64,000 bases of DNA from an uncultured Bdellovibrionales bacterium (GTDB taxonomy: Bacteria; Patescibacteriota; Minisyncoccia; Moranbacterales; UBA1568), in contig CAZQWS010000001.1 in the NCBI GenBank assembly GCA_964597355.1, forward strand, positions 24,279 to 88,278. Direction: 5' to 3'. Below, one piece after another: positions 38,325 to 48,127 of the stretch. The position numbers were made by a program, and so were the translations under genes. Under the pieces are notes generated by a model. That model had not been told where the DNA came from and did no database searches. It saw nothing but the letters and a program-made list of their open reading frames with translations. The stretch's first letter is position 1; every line of letters begins with the position of its first letter.

Positions 38325-39623
38325 CTACTTTCGTTCTTCGAGACGGAGGGTAACCATCTTGATATCGCCTTTGTGCCAAACTTTGAGTGTTGCCTCCTCC
38401 CCGACTCGCTTGTCAGCGATAGCATTACCTAGTGTGTTCTCGGTATTAATTTCCTTGCCATCAATCTCGAGAATGATATCGTTCTCAATGAGTCCAGCTT
38501 TGTCGGCAGGCGAACCAGGGATCACCGCAAGGTCGGTCATGCGTTCTCCCCGAAGGATGAGCGCACCATGATCCATTTCCAGTCCATATTCTTCGGCCAC
38601 TGCTTCATCAAGCAGTACATACCGTACGCCAATGTATGGCACTGAGAGCCTGCCAGTTGTTTTAACTTCATCCACTACTCGTTTAATCGAATTCACTGGC
38701 AGGGCAAAACCAATATTCTCGGCTCCCTGAGCCACCGCCACATTGATTCCAATCACCCGCCCATCGATATCAAAAAGCGGTCCGCCAGAGTTCCCTGGAT
38801 TGATAGCTGCGTCGGTTTGAATAATATTCTGCAGCGTTTCCGTTTCTCCCAAAGCAGAACCCGCCGTTACACTCCGTCCGAGACCAGAGACGATACCTCG
38901 CGAAACTGAGTTGGCAAACTCACCCAAAGGGTTTCCAATCGCGATGACTGTTTGACCAACCCGCAACTGATCTGAATCTCCCAGCGTAAGAGCAGGAAAA
39001 GCATTGCCTTCAATTTTGATCACCGCAATATCATTATTGGGAGCGAGGGCCAATACTTTGGCCGGATATTCGGTATCATCACTCAGAATCACCGTGTACT
39101 CAGCGGCCGGATCGGACACAACATGTTTGTTGGTTACGATATAACCATCCTCCGAAACAAGGAAACCACTGCCACTCCCTACCTGCTGACGTTCAGTGAC
39201 TCCCGTTTCTTCGCGGAGTTCCTCTTGAAAAAATGGAAAGAAGCCACCAAACGGCGAGCGAAGATTACGGTACTTCGGCACATCCTTGCTGATGACAATA
39301 CTGACTACTGCTTTGCTATTGTCTTCAACTACTCGGACAATTTTCTCGTCTTCCGCTGGAAGTGGGATGCTAGTATGTTCGCTCTTTGTTTCAAGCCCGA
39401 GCTCGTTTTTGGGAGTCAGCGTCCCAAGCCAATGTGGCAGCGCCCCACCTCGGCTAGCTAGTCCGCCGATGATACCTGAGATAAGCGCTACCCCGACGAT
39501 AAGTACCCATGGGGTTCGATAGTGATGACAAGCAGTTGGTTGTGGCACGTAAATCGTTGGCTCTTTTTCTGTTCCCAGTGGAGAAAGGTTACCCATAAAA
39601 TTATGAAAGAAAAAATTACACAA
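38325..39623 (-). CDS. HtrA/DegP-family serine endopeptidase with PDZ domain
   Basis: Catalytic motifs present (TNKHVV; DIAVIKI; GNSGGPLFD). N-terminal TM and a C-terminal PDZ domain. Confidence 0.9.
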   Translation of the reverse strand: MCNFFFHNFMGNLSPLGTEKEPTIYVPQPTACHHYRTPWVLIVGVALISGIIGGLASRGGALPHWLGTLTPKNELGLETKSEHTSIPLPAEDEKIVRVVEDNSKAVVSIVISKDVPKYRNLRSPFGGFFPFFQEELREETGVTERQQVGSGSGFLVSEDGYIVTNKHVVSDPAAEYTVILSDDTEYPAKVLALAPNNDIAVIKIEGNAFPALTLGDSDQLRVGQTVIAIGNPLGEFANSVSRGIVSGLGRSVTAGSALGETETLQNIIQTDAAINPGNSGGPLFDIDGRVIGINVAVAQGAENIGFALPVNSIKRVVDEVKTTGRLSVPYIGVRYVLLDEAVAEEYGLEMDHGALILRGERMTDLAVIPGSPADKAGLIENDIILEIDGKEINTENTLGNAIADKRVGEEATLKVWHKGDIKMVTLRLEERK

Positions 39624-39628
39624 GAACC

Positions 39629-40687
39629 CTAGTAGAAGAAAAGTGGGTCATGATCGGGATTAGCGATAAGTTTAGCTTCGAAATCTTTCATCGCTTGTGA
39701 ACGAAAATCTATCCGGCCCGTCCCCTGGTCAAACTGATAGTCTGGAAGTAGCACGCGCACCCGATGTTCTCGAATCTGCTCCATAAGCCAATCTGGAAAA
39801 TTTTCTTTGCGGACGAATACCTGACGAAGATGATGCAGACGCTTCCCATCTTCGTTTTTTACTTCTTCTACCAGAATGATGTGATAGCCGAGACTACTCT
39901 CGATAACATTCGTCGGAACACCAATTTTGGCTACATCTACCGGGCTACGCAATTCTGGTGCTAAGTCTTCCAGGGTAAACCAGCCTAAATCACCGCCATC
40001 AGTTTTGGTGCGGCCATCAGAATACTTTTCTACCACTGCCTTGAAAAGAGCATTATGCTTCAATTCTTTATCAGCAGCTTCAATCGTCGCCTTGGCCTTC
40101 TCATTAGTTATCTCTCCTTCAAACTTTTTAGCCAGGGCTTCTTCATACAGGCTAGGAAGTACTACTTTCTCTTCAAAATCACGCATCGTCCATCCATAAA
40201 GCCGCGCGATACTTGTTTCTACCTTATCCGCTGAACCATATTCTTGGAGTCGTTTATCGACATCCTGCCGAGCCTGCTCTCCGGTGATGACAATTCCCGC
40301 TTCTTGAGCCAGCTGCTTCACCACGGCGTCTTCAAGCATTTTATTCAAAAGGTCGCGTTCACGAAGTTTAAGTCGTTGCTTCCCCTCGTCGGTAGAAAAA
40401 TCCACGCGGATACCCACTTGCCCAAAATCTTGAGACTCATAAAAACGTTTGATCGACGTCACGTTTTCAGCCAATACTCGTGACTCCACGATTATGTCAT
40501 TCTCAAGCATCACCACCGGAAACGGCAAGCGCTCACCAACAAAGTGGCCGAACCAGCTATCGGTATAACGGTAGTACGCTACAAAGAACATAGTAACCAA
40601 GATAGCCAATAAACCGCTGATAGCTAGGACAAGTGTTCGAGGGCGAATACGAGTTACAGATGGAGATGATGTATTTTCTTCAGTCAT
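39629..40687 (-). CDS. Peptidyl-prolyl cis-trans isomerase, parvulin type (PpiC/PrsA/SurA-like), membrane-anchored
   Basis: N-terminal TM. Parvulin signature GGDLGWFTLEDLAPEL...GYHIILVEE. Confidence 0.8.
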   Translation of the reverse strand: MTEENTSSPSVTRIRPRTLVLAISGLLAILVTMFFVAYYRYTDSWFGHFVGERLPFPVVMLENDIIVESRVLAENVTSIKRFYESQDFGQVGIRVDFSTDEGKQRLKLRERDLLNKMLEDAVVKQLAQEAGIVITGEQARQDVDKRLQEYGSADKVETSIARLYGWTMRDFEEKVVLPSLYEEALAKKFEGEITNEKAKATIEAADKELKHNALFKAVVEKYSDGRTKTDGGDLGWFTLEDLAPELRSPVDVAKIGVPTNVIESSLGYHIILVEEVKNEDGKRLHHLRQVFVRKENFPDWLMEQIREHRVRVLLPDYQFDQGTGRIDFRSQAMKDFEAKLIANPDHDPLFFY

Positions 40688-40699
40688 AGTGTTTGGTTT

Positions 40700-41107
40700 T
40701 TATTTACTGGAATGAAAAAACTGTCGCCACCACTTTTGATAATTAGGGATAGTTCCTTTCACCTGAACCTGTTCCTTGGCCTCACTCATCTTTTCCATCG
40801 GAGACAGGACCAAACTCGGATCTTCACGTATAGCCATCACACTTTCCTCTTGCCGCCGCAAACCTAACTTTTTCTTTGCTTCCTGTTCTTGAAAATCGGG
40901 CGACGCGAAGTATTCTATTCGCTCGACTAAAGTCTCGTTTTCACGACGAATTTTTTCTGCCTCCTGTTGAAGTATGTCGATCTCACTTTGAATCTGGGCA
41001 TTTCGTTTATGTTCCTCGTAGCTCCGGTATCCCATGAAGCCTCCACCGATAAGAAGCAGTACTACTCCCAGGCGAAGAAGAATCGGCCGCCAACGCATAG
41101 TGAGCAA
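40700..41107 (-). CDS. FtsB/DivIC-like septum formation initiator (TM plus coiled coil)
   Basis: 135 aa with a single N-terminal TM followed by a heptad-rich coil (IQSEIDILQQEAEKIRRENETLVERIE). Confidence 0.45.
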   Translation of the reverse strand: MLTMRWRPILLRLGVVLLLIGGGFMGYRSYEEHKRNAQIQSEIDILQQEAEKIRRENETLVERIEYFASPDFQEQEAKKKLGLRRQEESVMAIREDPSLVLSPMEKMSEAKEQVQVKGTIPNYQKWWRQFFHSSK

Positions 41108-41257
41108 TTAATACATAAAAAGGGGCGCCAACAAAAAGACTACCATCGAAAGCGCCACCAGTGCCGAGACAATGACCCAGGCAAAATAGATTTTTTTATG
41201 ACGCGTTCGAAAACTCATAGGCCTGCAAGAATTAGTATACCATAGGCTCGATAGACC

Positions 41258-42295
41258 TTAGAAAAGCTCTACCCGGCTCCCATCTATCCACTGACCCTTT
41301 TCTTTGATAAATTGGCCGATTTTTTCTTTTACTGCAAGCGCCGAATAGGTCAGCATCAGTTCATTCCGGAGTTCTCTGGCCCCCGAGAAACCGACGATAT
41401 AGGCCTGAAAATGTTTTTTGAGGATTTCAAAACTTTTAGTGTCGCCCCAGGTAGTTTCAAAAAGTTCTGTCAGCGCAATCGTGGCTTCCAATCGCTCGCG
41501 CACAGTGACTGTCTGTTTACCTTCGTCAAAGAGCCACGGATTGCCAAATACTCCACGCCCGATCATCACACCGTCACAACCGGTTTCCTCACACTTCACT
41601 CGCGCTTCTCTCACGCTTTTGACATCACCATTGCCAAGGATTCGTGTTTCTGGACTATGCTCATTTCGAAGTTCCACTGCCCGCGCCATCCGTTCCCAAT
41701 GGGCTGGCACGAGTGACATTTCCTTTTTAGTGCGAAGATGGAGCGTTACGGCCGCTGGTTTCGTTTCAAGCACCTTGGCAAGCCAGTTTTCGAGATCATC
41801 CTTGTTTACCCCGAGTCGAGTTTTGACCGACACCGGGATCGGCTCTTTGCCATCAGCTCGCACTCCATCCATAGCCGCACGGATAATTCTTTGGGCGAGC
41901 TCTGGATCTTTCATGCAAGCCGCGCCAGCACCCTGTTTCATTACATTCTTATCAGGACAACCCATATTGATATCAACGCCATCGAAACCAAATTCTTTGA
42001 CGAGCCTGGCTGCCTCAAACATTTTCTCTGGATGTCCCGTAAAGAGCTGTGCCACAATCGGCCGTTCATTTTCGGAAAATTTGAGATCTCGAATCAGCAC
42101 CTCATGTCCTTTGGGATGGCACAAGCCATCAGCTGCCACAAACTCCGTCCAGATCACATTCGGTTTTTTGTATTTCACGATAAATTGTCGGAAGGCATGG
42201 TCAGTCACATTGGCCAGTGGCGCCAACACAAAAAACGGCTTCTTGAGCTCTCCCCAAAACCCCAAAAATGGCTTCTTTCCGTCCAACATAGCCAT
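41258..42295 (-). CDS. dus: tRNA-dihydrouridine synthase
   Basis: FVLAPLANVTDHAFRQ, VDINMGCP and the FMN-binding TIM-barrel pattern. Confidence 0.9.
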   Translation of the reverse strand: MAMLDGKKPFLGFWGELKKPFFVLAPLANVTDHAFRQFIVKYKKPNVIWTEFVAADGLCHPKGHEVLIRDLKFSENERPIVAQLFTGHPEKMFEAARLVKEFGFDGVDINMGCPDKNVMKQGAGAACMKDPELAQRIIRAAMDGVRADGKEPIPVSVKTRLGVNKDDLENWLAKVLETKPAAVTLHLRTKKEMSLVPAHWERMARAVELRNEHSPETRILGNGDVKSVREARVKCEETGCDGVMIGRGVFGNPWLFDEGKQTVTVRERLEATIALTELFETTWGDTKSFEILKKHFQAYIVGFSGARELRNELMLTYSALAVKEKIGQFIKEKGQWIDGSRVELF

Positions 42296-42310
42296 AACAG
42301 AGTATCAGGA

Positions 42311-42360
42311 TTGACAAGTCCCATCAACCCTGATAACTTATAAATCAGACTAAATTAGTC
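42311..42360 (+). promoter_or_regulatory. Candidate promoter (TTGACA, 16-nt spacer with TG, ATAACT) and Rrf2/IscR-type operator GACTAAATTAGTC. It ends 6 nt upstream of the rrf2 ATG.
   Basis: -35 TTGACA at 42311-42316. Extended -10 TGATAACT at 42331-42338. The palindromic core GACTAAATTAGTC at 42348-42360 matches the IscR type-1 core GACTRwwwYAGTC. There is no Shine-Dalgarno before the ATG, so the mRNA is possibly leaderless. Confidence 0.4.
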
Positions 42361-42366
42361 CGATTT

Positions 42367-42774
42367 ATGAAAGTATCAAAAAAGTCTTACTACGGGCTAC
42401 GGGCAGTACTGACCTTGGCTCAGGCCAAAGAGACTCTCTCTATCCATACGATAGCGGAGACCGAACATCTCCCCGAGGACTACCTGGAGAAGATCCTTCA
42501 GATTCTTCGACGAGGCGGGGTTGTCGAAGCCAAAAAAGGCACGTCCGGTGGTTACGCCCTCGCCAAGCCTATTGAAAAAATCAACGCCTGGGATGTGCTG
42601 CGCGTCCTCGACGGTCCAATCAAAATGTTTATGCCACCGGTCAAAGGTGAGCTCCCCTGCCTCCAGGTCAGCCACTGTCAGACCAATCAAGTATGGCGAG
42701 TGCTCGAAGAAAAAATAGAACGAACACTCTCTGATATCACACTCCAAAACATCCTCGAATCACCCAAGAAATAA
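42367..42774 (+). CDS. Rrf2-family transcriptional regulator (IscR/SufR-like)
   Basis: Winged-helix N-terminus YGLRAVLTLAQ...LSIHTIAE...GGYALAKP. 135 aa. First gene of the suf cluster. Confidence 0.85.
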   Translation: MKVSKKSYYGLRAVLTLAQAKETLSIHTIAETEHLPEDYLEKILQILRRGGVVEAKKGTSGGYALAKPIEKINAWDVLRVLDGPIKMFMPPVKGELPCLQVSHCQTNQVWRVLEEKIERTLSDITLQNILESPKK

Positions 42775-42776
42775 GT

Positions 42777-43493
42777 ATGTTAACCATCGAACATCTCAAA
42801 GTCTCCATCGAAGGGAAAACAATTCTTCCTGATTTTTCTTTTGCCTTTAAGCCGGGTAAGACTTATGTCCTCATGGGTCCGAATGGTTCGGGCAAATCAA
42901 CCCTCGCCGCAACGATCATGGGTCATCCAAAATATAGTGTCGGCCGTTCAAGTAAGATACTTCTTGATAAAAAAAATCTGAAAAACCTTTCACCTGATAA
43001 ACGATCTAGGCTCGGAGTCTTCCTTTCTTTTCAGACCCCGATGGAACTGCCTGGCGTCACTGTCTTTGAACTCCTCCGTCTCGCGCTCGAAAAAAAGTAT
43101 ACGCCCATTAAGCTTCACAAGTTGGTACAGCAGTACGCCAAGGAACTCTCTATCAAAGATGAACTTTTGAAGCGCTCACTCAACATGGGTTTTTCGGGTG
43201 GTGAGAAGAAAAAACTGGAAGCCTTGCAGGCTGCCCTCCTTGCTCCCCGCTTCGCTCTTTTCGATGAAGTCGATACCGGTGTCGATGTCGATGCTCTCCA
43301 AACCATTGCTAAGTTTCTGAAAAAATATCTTCCCAAAGAAACAACCCTCGTGTTCATCACTCACTCCACTCGCTTGGTAAAGTACGTGAAACCTGGTGTG
43401 GTACTCGTTTTGAAAAATGGCGAACTGAAAAAAACTGGTACAGCTCTCCTGGCTAAAAAAATTGAAGCCCAAGGCTTTGATGCTGCCAAATAA
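42777..43493 (+). CDS. sufC: Fe-S cluster assembly ATPase SufC
   Basis: Walker [10 protein letters not shown], SufC-type signature FSGGEKKK, and D-loop. Confidence 0.95.
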   Translation: MLTIEHLKVSIEGKTILPDFSFAFKPGKTYVLMGPNGSGKSTLAATIMGHPKYSVGRSSKILLDKKNLKNLSPDKRSRLGVFLSFQTPMELPGVTVFELLRLALEKKYTPIKLHKLVQQYAKELSIKDELLKRSLNMGFSGGEKKKLEALQAALLAPRFALFDEVDTGVDVDALQTIAKFLKKYLPKETTLVFITHSTRLVKYVKPGVVLVLKNGELKKTGTALLAKKIEAQGFDAAK

Positions 43494-43494
43494 T

Positions 43495-44898
43495 ATGCCC
43501 AAAGCCCAGCAAAAAAATATCAACTTTGACTACAAATACGGCTTTGCGAAGCCGGAACACTCTGTTCACAAAACCGGTGTTGGTTTGAACATGTCCGTGG
43601 TGAAAGAAATTTCCGAAGTAAAGAAAGAGGCCAAATGGATGCAGGATTTCCGCTTAAAAAGTTACGCACTTTTCAAAAACAAACCCATGCCGACGTGGGG
43701 TGCCGATCTTTCAAAAATTGATTTTGACAATATCACCTACTACCTCAAGGCTACCAGTGGGCAAGCCGATGCCTGGGATAAGTTGCCACAGGACATCAAA
43801 GACACCTACGACAAAATTGGCGTGCCCGAAGCCGAAAAAAAATTCCTCGCTGGTGTCTCGGCTCAATACGAGTCAGAAGTAGTGTACGAGAGTTTTGATG
43901 CCGCCCTTAAAAAACAAGGGGTGATTTTTTGTGACATGGACACAGCCGTCAAGAAATATCCAAAACTTGTGCAAGAATATTTTGGTAAATTAATTCCCCC
44001 ACATGACAATAAATTCGCCGCCCTCAATTCGGCGGTGTGGTCAGGCGGATCATTTGTGTATGTCCCCAAGGGAATCAAAGTGAATCTTCCTCTTCAAGCG
44101 TATTTCCGTATCAATGCCGAGGCCTTTGGCCAGTTTGAGCGCACCCTCATCATCGCTGATGAAGAGAGCTCGGTGCACTATGTCGAAGGCTGCACGGCTC
44201 CTATTTATCGTACCAGCTCGCTCCACTCCGCCGTGGTAGAAATTTTCGTTAAGAAAAATGCTCGAGTCCGCTACACGACGGTCCAAAACTGGAGCAAAAA
44301 CATTTACAACCTCGTCACCAAGCGCGCCAAGGCCGAAGAAAACGCCATCATGGAATGGATCGATTGCAATATTGGCTCTGGCGTCACGATGAAGTATCCA
44401 GCCGTTTACCTCACCGGTGCTGGAGCCCGCGGTGAAGTTCTTTCGATCGCTTATGCCGGCAAGGGCCAACACCAAGACGCTGGTGCCAAAATGGTGCACA
44501 TGGCCCCAAACACCAGTTCACGGGTCGTTTCCAAATCCATCTCGAAAGACGGCGGCCGCACATCGTATCGTGGTCTCGTCCATATTGGGAAGGGCGCAAC
44601 TCATGCCAAAGCAAGTGTCGTGTGTGATGCGCTCCTCCTCGACCCGAAGTCCCGCTCGGACACCTACCCTACCATGCGGGTCAAAGAACAAGACGCCATC
44701 ATAGAGCACGAAGCAACCGTAGAAAAGATCGGTGAAGAAAAACTTTTTTACCTGACTTCCCGTGGGATTAAAAAAGAAGATGCCGAAGGCATGCTCGTCA
44801 ATGGTTTCATCGATCCAGTGGTCAAAGAAATTCCTCTCGAATACTCGATCGAGTTGAATAGGTTAATAAATTTGGAAATGCAAGGGAGTGTAGGTTAA
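43495..44898 (+). CDS. sufB: Fe-S cluster assembly protein SufB
   Basis: SufB/SufD beta-helix core with conserved [23 protein letters not shown]. The ATG at 43495 immediately follows the sufC stop. Confidence 0.95.
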   Translation: MPKAQQKNINFDYKYGFAKPEHSVHKTGVGLNMSVVKEISEVKKEAKWMQDFRLKSYALFKNKPMPTWGADLSKIDFDNITYYLKATSGQADAWDKLPQDIKDTYDKIGVPEAEKKFLAGVSAQYESEVVYESFDAALKKQGVIFCDMDTAVKKYPKLVQEYFGKLIPPHDNKFAALNSAVWSGGSFVYVPKGIKVNLPLQAYFRINAEAFGQFERTLIIADEESSVHYVEGCTAPIYRTSSLHSAVVEIFVKKNARVRYTTVQNWSKNIYNLVTKRAKAEENAIMEWIDCNIGSGVTMKYPAVYLTGAGARGEVLSIAYAGKGQHQDAGAKMVHMAPNTSSRVVSKSISKDGGRTSYRGLVHIGKGATHAKASVVCDALLLDPKSRSDTYPTMRVKEQDAIIEHEATVEKIGEEKLFYLTSRGIKKEDAEGMLVNGFIDPVVKEIPLEYSIELNRLINLEMQGSVG

Positions 44899-44904
44899 CT
44901 CTCT

Positions 44905-44977
44905 GTCATTGCGAGCAAAGCGAAGCAATCTCAAAGAAAACAAGATTGCCACGGTCGCTCTACTCCCTCGCAATGAC
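44905..44977 (+). repeat. 73-nt nested inverted-repeat (hairpin) element between sufB and sufD. Its 3' arm covers the sufD ATG.
   Basis: Outer arms GTCATTGCGAG (44905-44915) and CTCGCAATGAC (44967-44977). Inner arms GCGAAGCAATCT and AGATTGC..CGC. Confidence 0.5.
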
Positions 44978-45560
44978 TAAAGATATGATTTTCAAGGACA
45001 TCTCAAATGACATTCAAACCACCTACCGTCTCAAAAAGAATGAGCAGGCTGTTTTCTTTGCTTTGAATCGAGGTGGGGAAATTACTGTTGAATTATCCGG
45101 TGAAGGAGCAGCTGCACATGTCTTCGCTTTCTTCATGGGTGGTGGAGAAGACAAACACACGCTCAATATCGTTCAGAAACACCTCGCTCCAGAAACTACC
45201 TCGAGCGCTCTCGTCAAAGCCGTACTCAAAGACAAAGCCGAGTTCCATTACGATGGCACCATAAAAATCGAAAAGGAAGCCCAAGGGTCCAATGCTTCCC
45301 AAGAAAGCCGCAGTCTCATCCTTTCGCCGGAAGCCAGCGCCCATACCAAACCAGCCCTCGAAATTCTTGCCGATGATGTACAGTGCCGCCACGCTGCTAC
45401 CGTGAGTCCTTTGAATGAATCCATGCTGTTCTATGCCAAAAGCCGCGGCCTTAGCGAAAAAGAGGCAACGGAACTGCTTGTCCATGGATTCTTCGGTGAA
45501 GCTTTGGAAAAAATAGAGGCGCTCGGAGTAAAGCGAGAACTTATTCCTCAAGTGAACTAA
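44973..45560 (+). CDS. sufD: SufD-like Fe-S assembly protein (short form)
   Basis: The SufBD beta-helix C-terminal region is present, but the protein is only ~196 aa from MTKDMIF. An alternative upstream start at 44946 would lie within the hairpin. Confidence 0.65.
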   Translation: MTKDMIFKDISNDIQTTYRLKKNEQAVFFALNRGGEITVELSGEGAAAHVFAFFMGGGEDKHTLNIVQKHLAPETTSSALVKAVLKDKAEFHYDGTIKIEKEAQGSNASQESRSLILSPEASAHTKPALEILADDVQCRHAATVSPLNESMLFYAKSRGLSEKEATELLVHGFFGEALEKIEALGVKRELIPQVN

Positions 45561-45564
45561 TCGT

Positions 45565-46818
45565 ATGTTCAATCCAGAATCAATCAAAAAAGATTTCCCC
45601 ATTTTCGAGCATCATCCCGAGCTCGTGTACTTGGACTCGGCTGCTACCTCCCAAAAGCCCGAGGCCGTGCTTGAAGCTATGCGAAAGTATTATGAGGAAT
45701 TCAATGCCAATGTGTCGCGCGGTCTCTATCCCATGGCTGAAATGGCTACTTCTGTAGTAGAAGCGGCCCGTGAACGTATCGCACATTTTATCGGGAGCGA
45801 AACGAAGCATACTATCTTCGTCGGGAGCGCTACTCATGGGATTAACCTCGTCGCTACCGGACTCCGGGAACGCCTCAAGGAAGGAGAGAATGTCGTGGTC
45901 ACGGCTATCGAACATCATTCTAACTTCCTCCCCTGGAAGGAGCTCGCTCGCAAAACTGGCGCCGAGTTCCGGATAGCAGCAACGGATACAACTGGTATTC
46001 TCTCTCCAGAAAATATTCTCGCCCAAATTGATGCCCATACTCGAGTACTCGCTTTGACAGCCGTTTCCAATGTCTTGGGTCTCGTGAATCCTGTGAAAGA
46101 AATCATCGCGGCGGTTCGAGAGAAAAATCCTGAGATACTTATTCTCGTCGATGCGGCTCAGGCTGTCGGGCATATTCCTGTTTCCGTAAAAGATTGGGAC
46201 ATCGATTATCTCGTTTTCTCTGGCCACAAAACATTTGGTCCAACGGGTATCGGTGTCCTCGCTGGGAAAAAGGAAAGCCTTGAGCTCCTGGGAGCGGTCA
46301 ATGTCGGTGGTGGTACCGTACTCGATCCCACTTGCTCGCCCGTGGAGTATAAAGCACTCCCTGACTCCCTCGAAGGAGGCACCCCCAATATCGCTGGTAT
46401 TATTGGCCTAGGTGAGGCGATTCGCTATATCGAGACACTTGACCTTGGCTCCATTCACACCCATGAAGAACAACTACTTCACTCCCTGGAAACACGCCTC
46501 ACGGAAACGTTTGGGGAGAAAGTAACTGTTCTCGGTGGAACATCAAAAAATCGCACTAGCCTCGAGGAGTCTCGGACGAAGCGGGCGGGCATCCTTGCTT
46601 TTACTCTCGAAGGCATTCACCCGCATGACCTGGCTCACCTTCTTGGCGAAAGAGGGATCTGCATCCGAGCCGGCGAACACTGCGCCAAGCCCCTTCACCA
46701 AACCCTCAACCTCAATGCTTCCGCTCGGGTTTCAGTTAGCATCTACAATACAGAAGCAGATATTGAGAAGTTTATTCAAGCCACCGAAAAAGCTTTGTCT
46801 TTAATTTCCAATTCCTAA
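45565..46818 (+). CDS. sufS: Cysteine desulfurase SufS (class II)
   Basis: YLDSAATSQKP, PLP-lysine region FSGHKTFGPTGIGVL, active-site loop RAGEHCA. 417 aa. Confidence 0.9.
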   Translation: MFNPESIKKDFPIFEHHPELVYLDSAATSQKPEAVLEAMRKYYEEFNANVSRGLYPMAEMATSVVEAARERIAHFIGSETKHTIFVGSATHGINLVATGLRERLKEGENVVVTAIEHHSNFLPWKELARKTGAEFRIAATDTTGILSPENILAQIDAHTRVLALTAVSNVLGLVNPVKEIIAAVREKNPEILILVDAAQAVGHIPVSVKDWDIDYLVFSGHKTFGPTGIGVLAGKKESLELLGAVNVGGGTVLDPTCSPVEYKALPDSLEGGTPNIAGIIGLGEAIRYIETLDLGSIHTHEEQLLHSLETRLTETFGEKVTVLGGTSKNRTSLEESRTKRAGILAFTLEGIHPHDLAHLLGERGICIRAGEHCAKPLHQTLNLNASARVSVSIYNTEADIEKFIQATEKALSLISNS

Positions 46819-46905
46819 TACCCAATTCCCAACAAAAATCTCAATTTCTGAATTATAATATTAGGCATTTCATTAGAAATTAGGAATTAGATATTAGAAA
46901 TTTTT

Positions 46906-47268
46906 ATGAACCTTTATCACGACATTATTCTCGATCACTATCGCAATCCTCACAATTATGGAGGGATAAAAAAAGCTACCCATACGGGCGATGCCAAAAA
47001 TCCCACTTGTGGCGATAGTCTTCACATGGACATCTTCGTTACGAATGATACAATTGTGGATGTAGGTTTCACCGGGGCCGGCTGTGCTATTTCGCAAGCC
47101 TCGGCCTCACTCCTCACTGAATCCATCAAAGGAAAGACGGTGTCTGAGGCACTTCACCTCACTCCAGATGATGTTCTCAAGCTTCTAGGTGTCACTCTCT
47201 CTCCTAATCGGCTCAAGTGTGGACTTCTCTCTCTCGAAACCCTTAAGCAAACGCTAATCAATAAATAA
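46906..47268 (+). CDS. sufU: SufU/IscU-like sulfur acceptor
   Basis: NPTCGDSL, GAGCAISQASASLL and LKCG Cys ligands. 120 aa. Confidence 0.85.
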   Translation: MNLYHDIILDHYRNPHNYGGIKKATHTGDAKNPTCGDSLHMDIFVTNDTIVDVGFTGAGCAISQASASLLTESIKGKTVSEALHLTPDDVLKLLGVTLSPNRLKCGLLSLETLKQTLINK

Positions 47269-47272
47269 GCCT

Positions 47273-47542
47273 ATGTCGTGGAAAGATGAATCTAAACCAG
47301 CCGGTCCTATCACCCTCAAGAATGGATGGACGGTCGAAGTCGATCATGTCGCTTGTATCGGCTCTGCCCCTTGTACCGCCATGGCCCCCAACACCTTTGC
47401 TCTCGAAGAAAATGGCAAAGCTTCTATCCTCTCCACGGTAGACGCTGACGACCAGGAAACTATCCTCAACGCCGCTCGTGCCTGCCCCGTTGCTGCGATC
47501 CATATCAAGGACGCCACCGGCAAGCAGATATTTCCTGAGTAA
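47273..47542 (+). CDS. Ferredoxin (single-cluster [3Fe/4Fe-4S] type)
   Basis: CIGSAPCTAMAP...CPVAAI cysteine pattern. 89 aa. Confidence 0.8.
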   Translation: MSWKDESKPAGPITLKNGWTVEVDHVACIGSAPCTAMAPNTFALEENGKASILSTVDADDQETILNAARACPVAAIHIKDATGKQIFPE

Positions 47543-47592
47543 CAGAAGTTAGCATTTTGATGATAGGCGTTAGAAAAACTTGAAAAATAAAC

Positions 47593-47627
47593 AAAAAGCT
47601 TTCTCTTATCCGGAAAGCTTTTTGTTC
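47593..47627 (+). terminator. Rho-independent terminator after the ferredoxin gene
   Basis: AAAGCTTTC-TCTTATCCG-GAAAGCTTT followed by a TTGTT T-tract. It overlaps the track's upstream extension of the next ORF, which argues for the downstream start. Confidence 0.55.
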
Positions 47628-47679
47628 CAAAAATCAAAAGCCTATCCTCTATCGTCCAACAGCTATTATCTAAAAACCA

Positions 47680-47990
47680 TGTCTCAACTCTCTCTCAAAA
47701 ATCAAGTTATCGAAAAGCTCAAGCTCGTGCTTGATCCAGAGCTTGGCGTCTCGATTGTCGATTTGGGACTTATTTACAAAGTAACCGTATCAAAAGAAGG
47801 GATTTGCCATATCGACATGACACTCACTACTATCGGCTGCCCTCTCTTTGGTCAAATCCAAAAAGAGATCGAGGACCGGGTGATGGAAATTGAAGCTATC
47901 GAAGATGTTGAGGTCAAACTCACCTTTGATCCGCCATGGGATACTTCTAAAATGACCGAGGAAGCCAAAATCCAACTTGGTTTGGATTAG
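47680..47990 (+). CDS. sufT: DUF59/MIP18-family Fe-S assembly protein (SufT-like)
   Basis: DPELGVSIVDLGLIY...TLTTIGCP. Start chosen at MSQLSLKNQ because the upstream extension overlaps a terminator hairpin. Confidence 0.75.
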
Positions 47991-48127
47991 GTTTATCTCA
48001 CTGCTCCGCTTAGCGAAGTACGTTAGAACCTATTTTATGAGGAAGAGTGCGTTCATACCAATATCTTAAAAAAGAAAAAACGCCGTACCCGTAGGTCGTG
48101 CGTATTGACGTAAGAGCAGCCTCTTAG

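Noticed and set aside
41418-42343. Plus-strand ORFs of 298 and 201 aa
   Set aside because: They are antisense to the dihydrouridine synthase gene. Ser/Pro/Arg-rich.
43176-44499. Minus-strand ORFs antisense to sufC/sufB (43176..43523 and 44050..44499)
   Set aside because: The sense-strand SufC and SufB homology is unambiguous.
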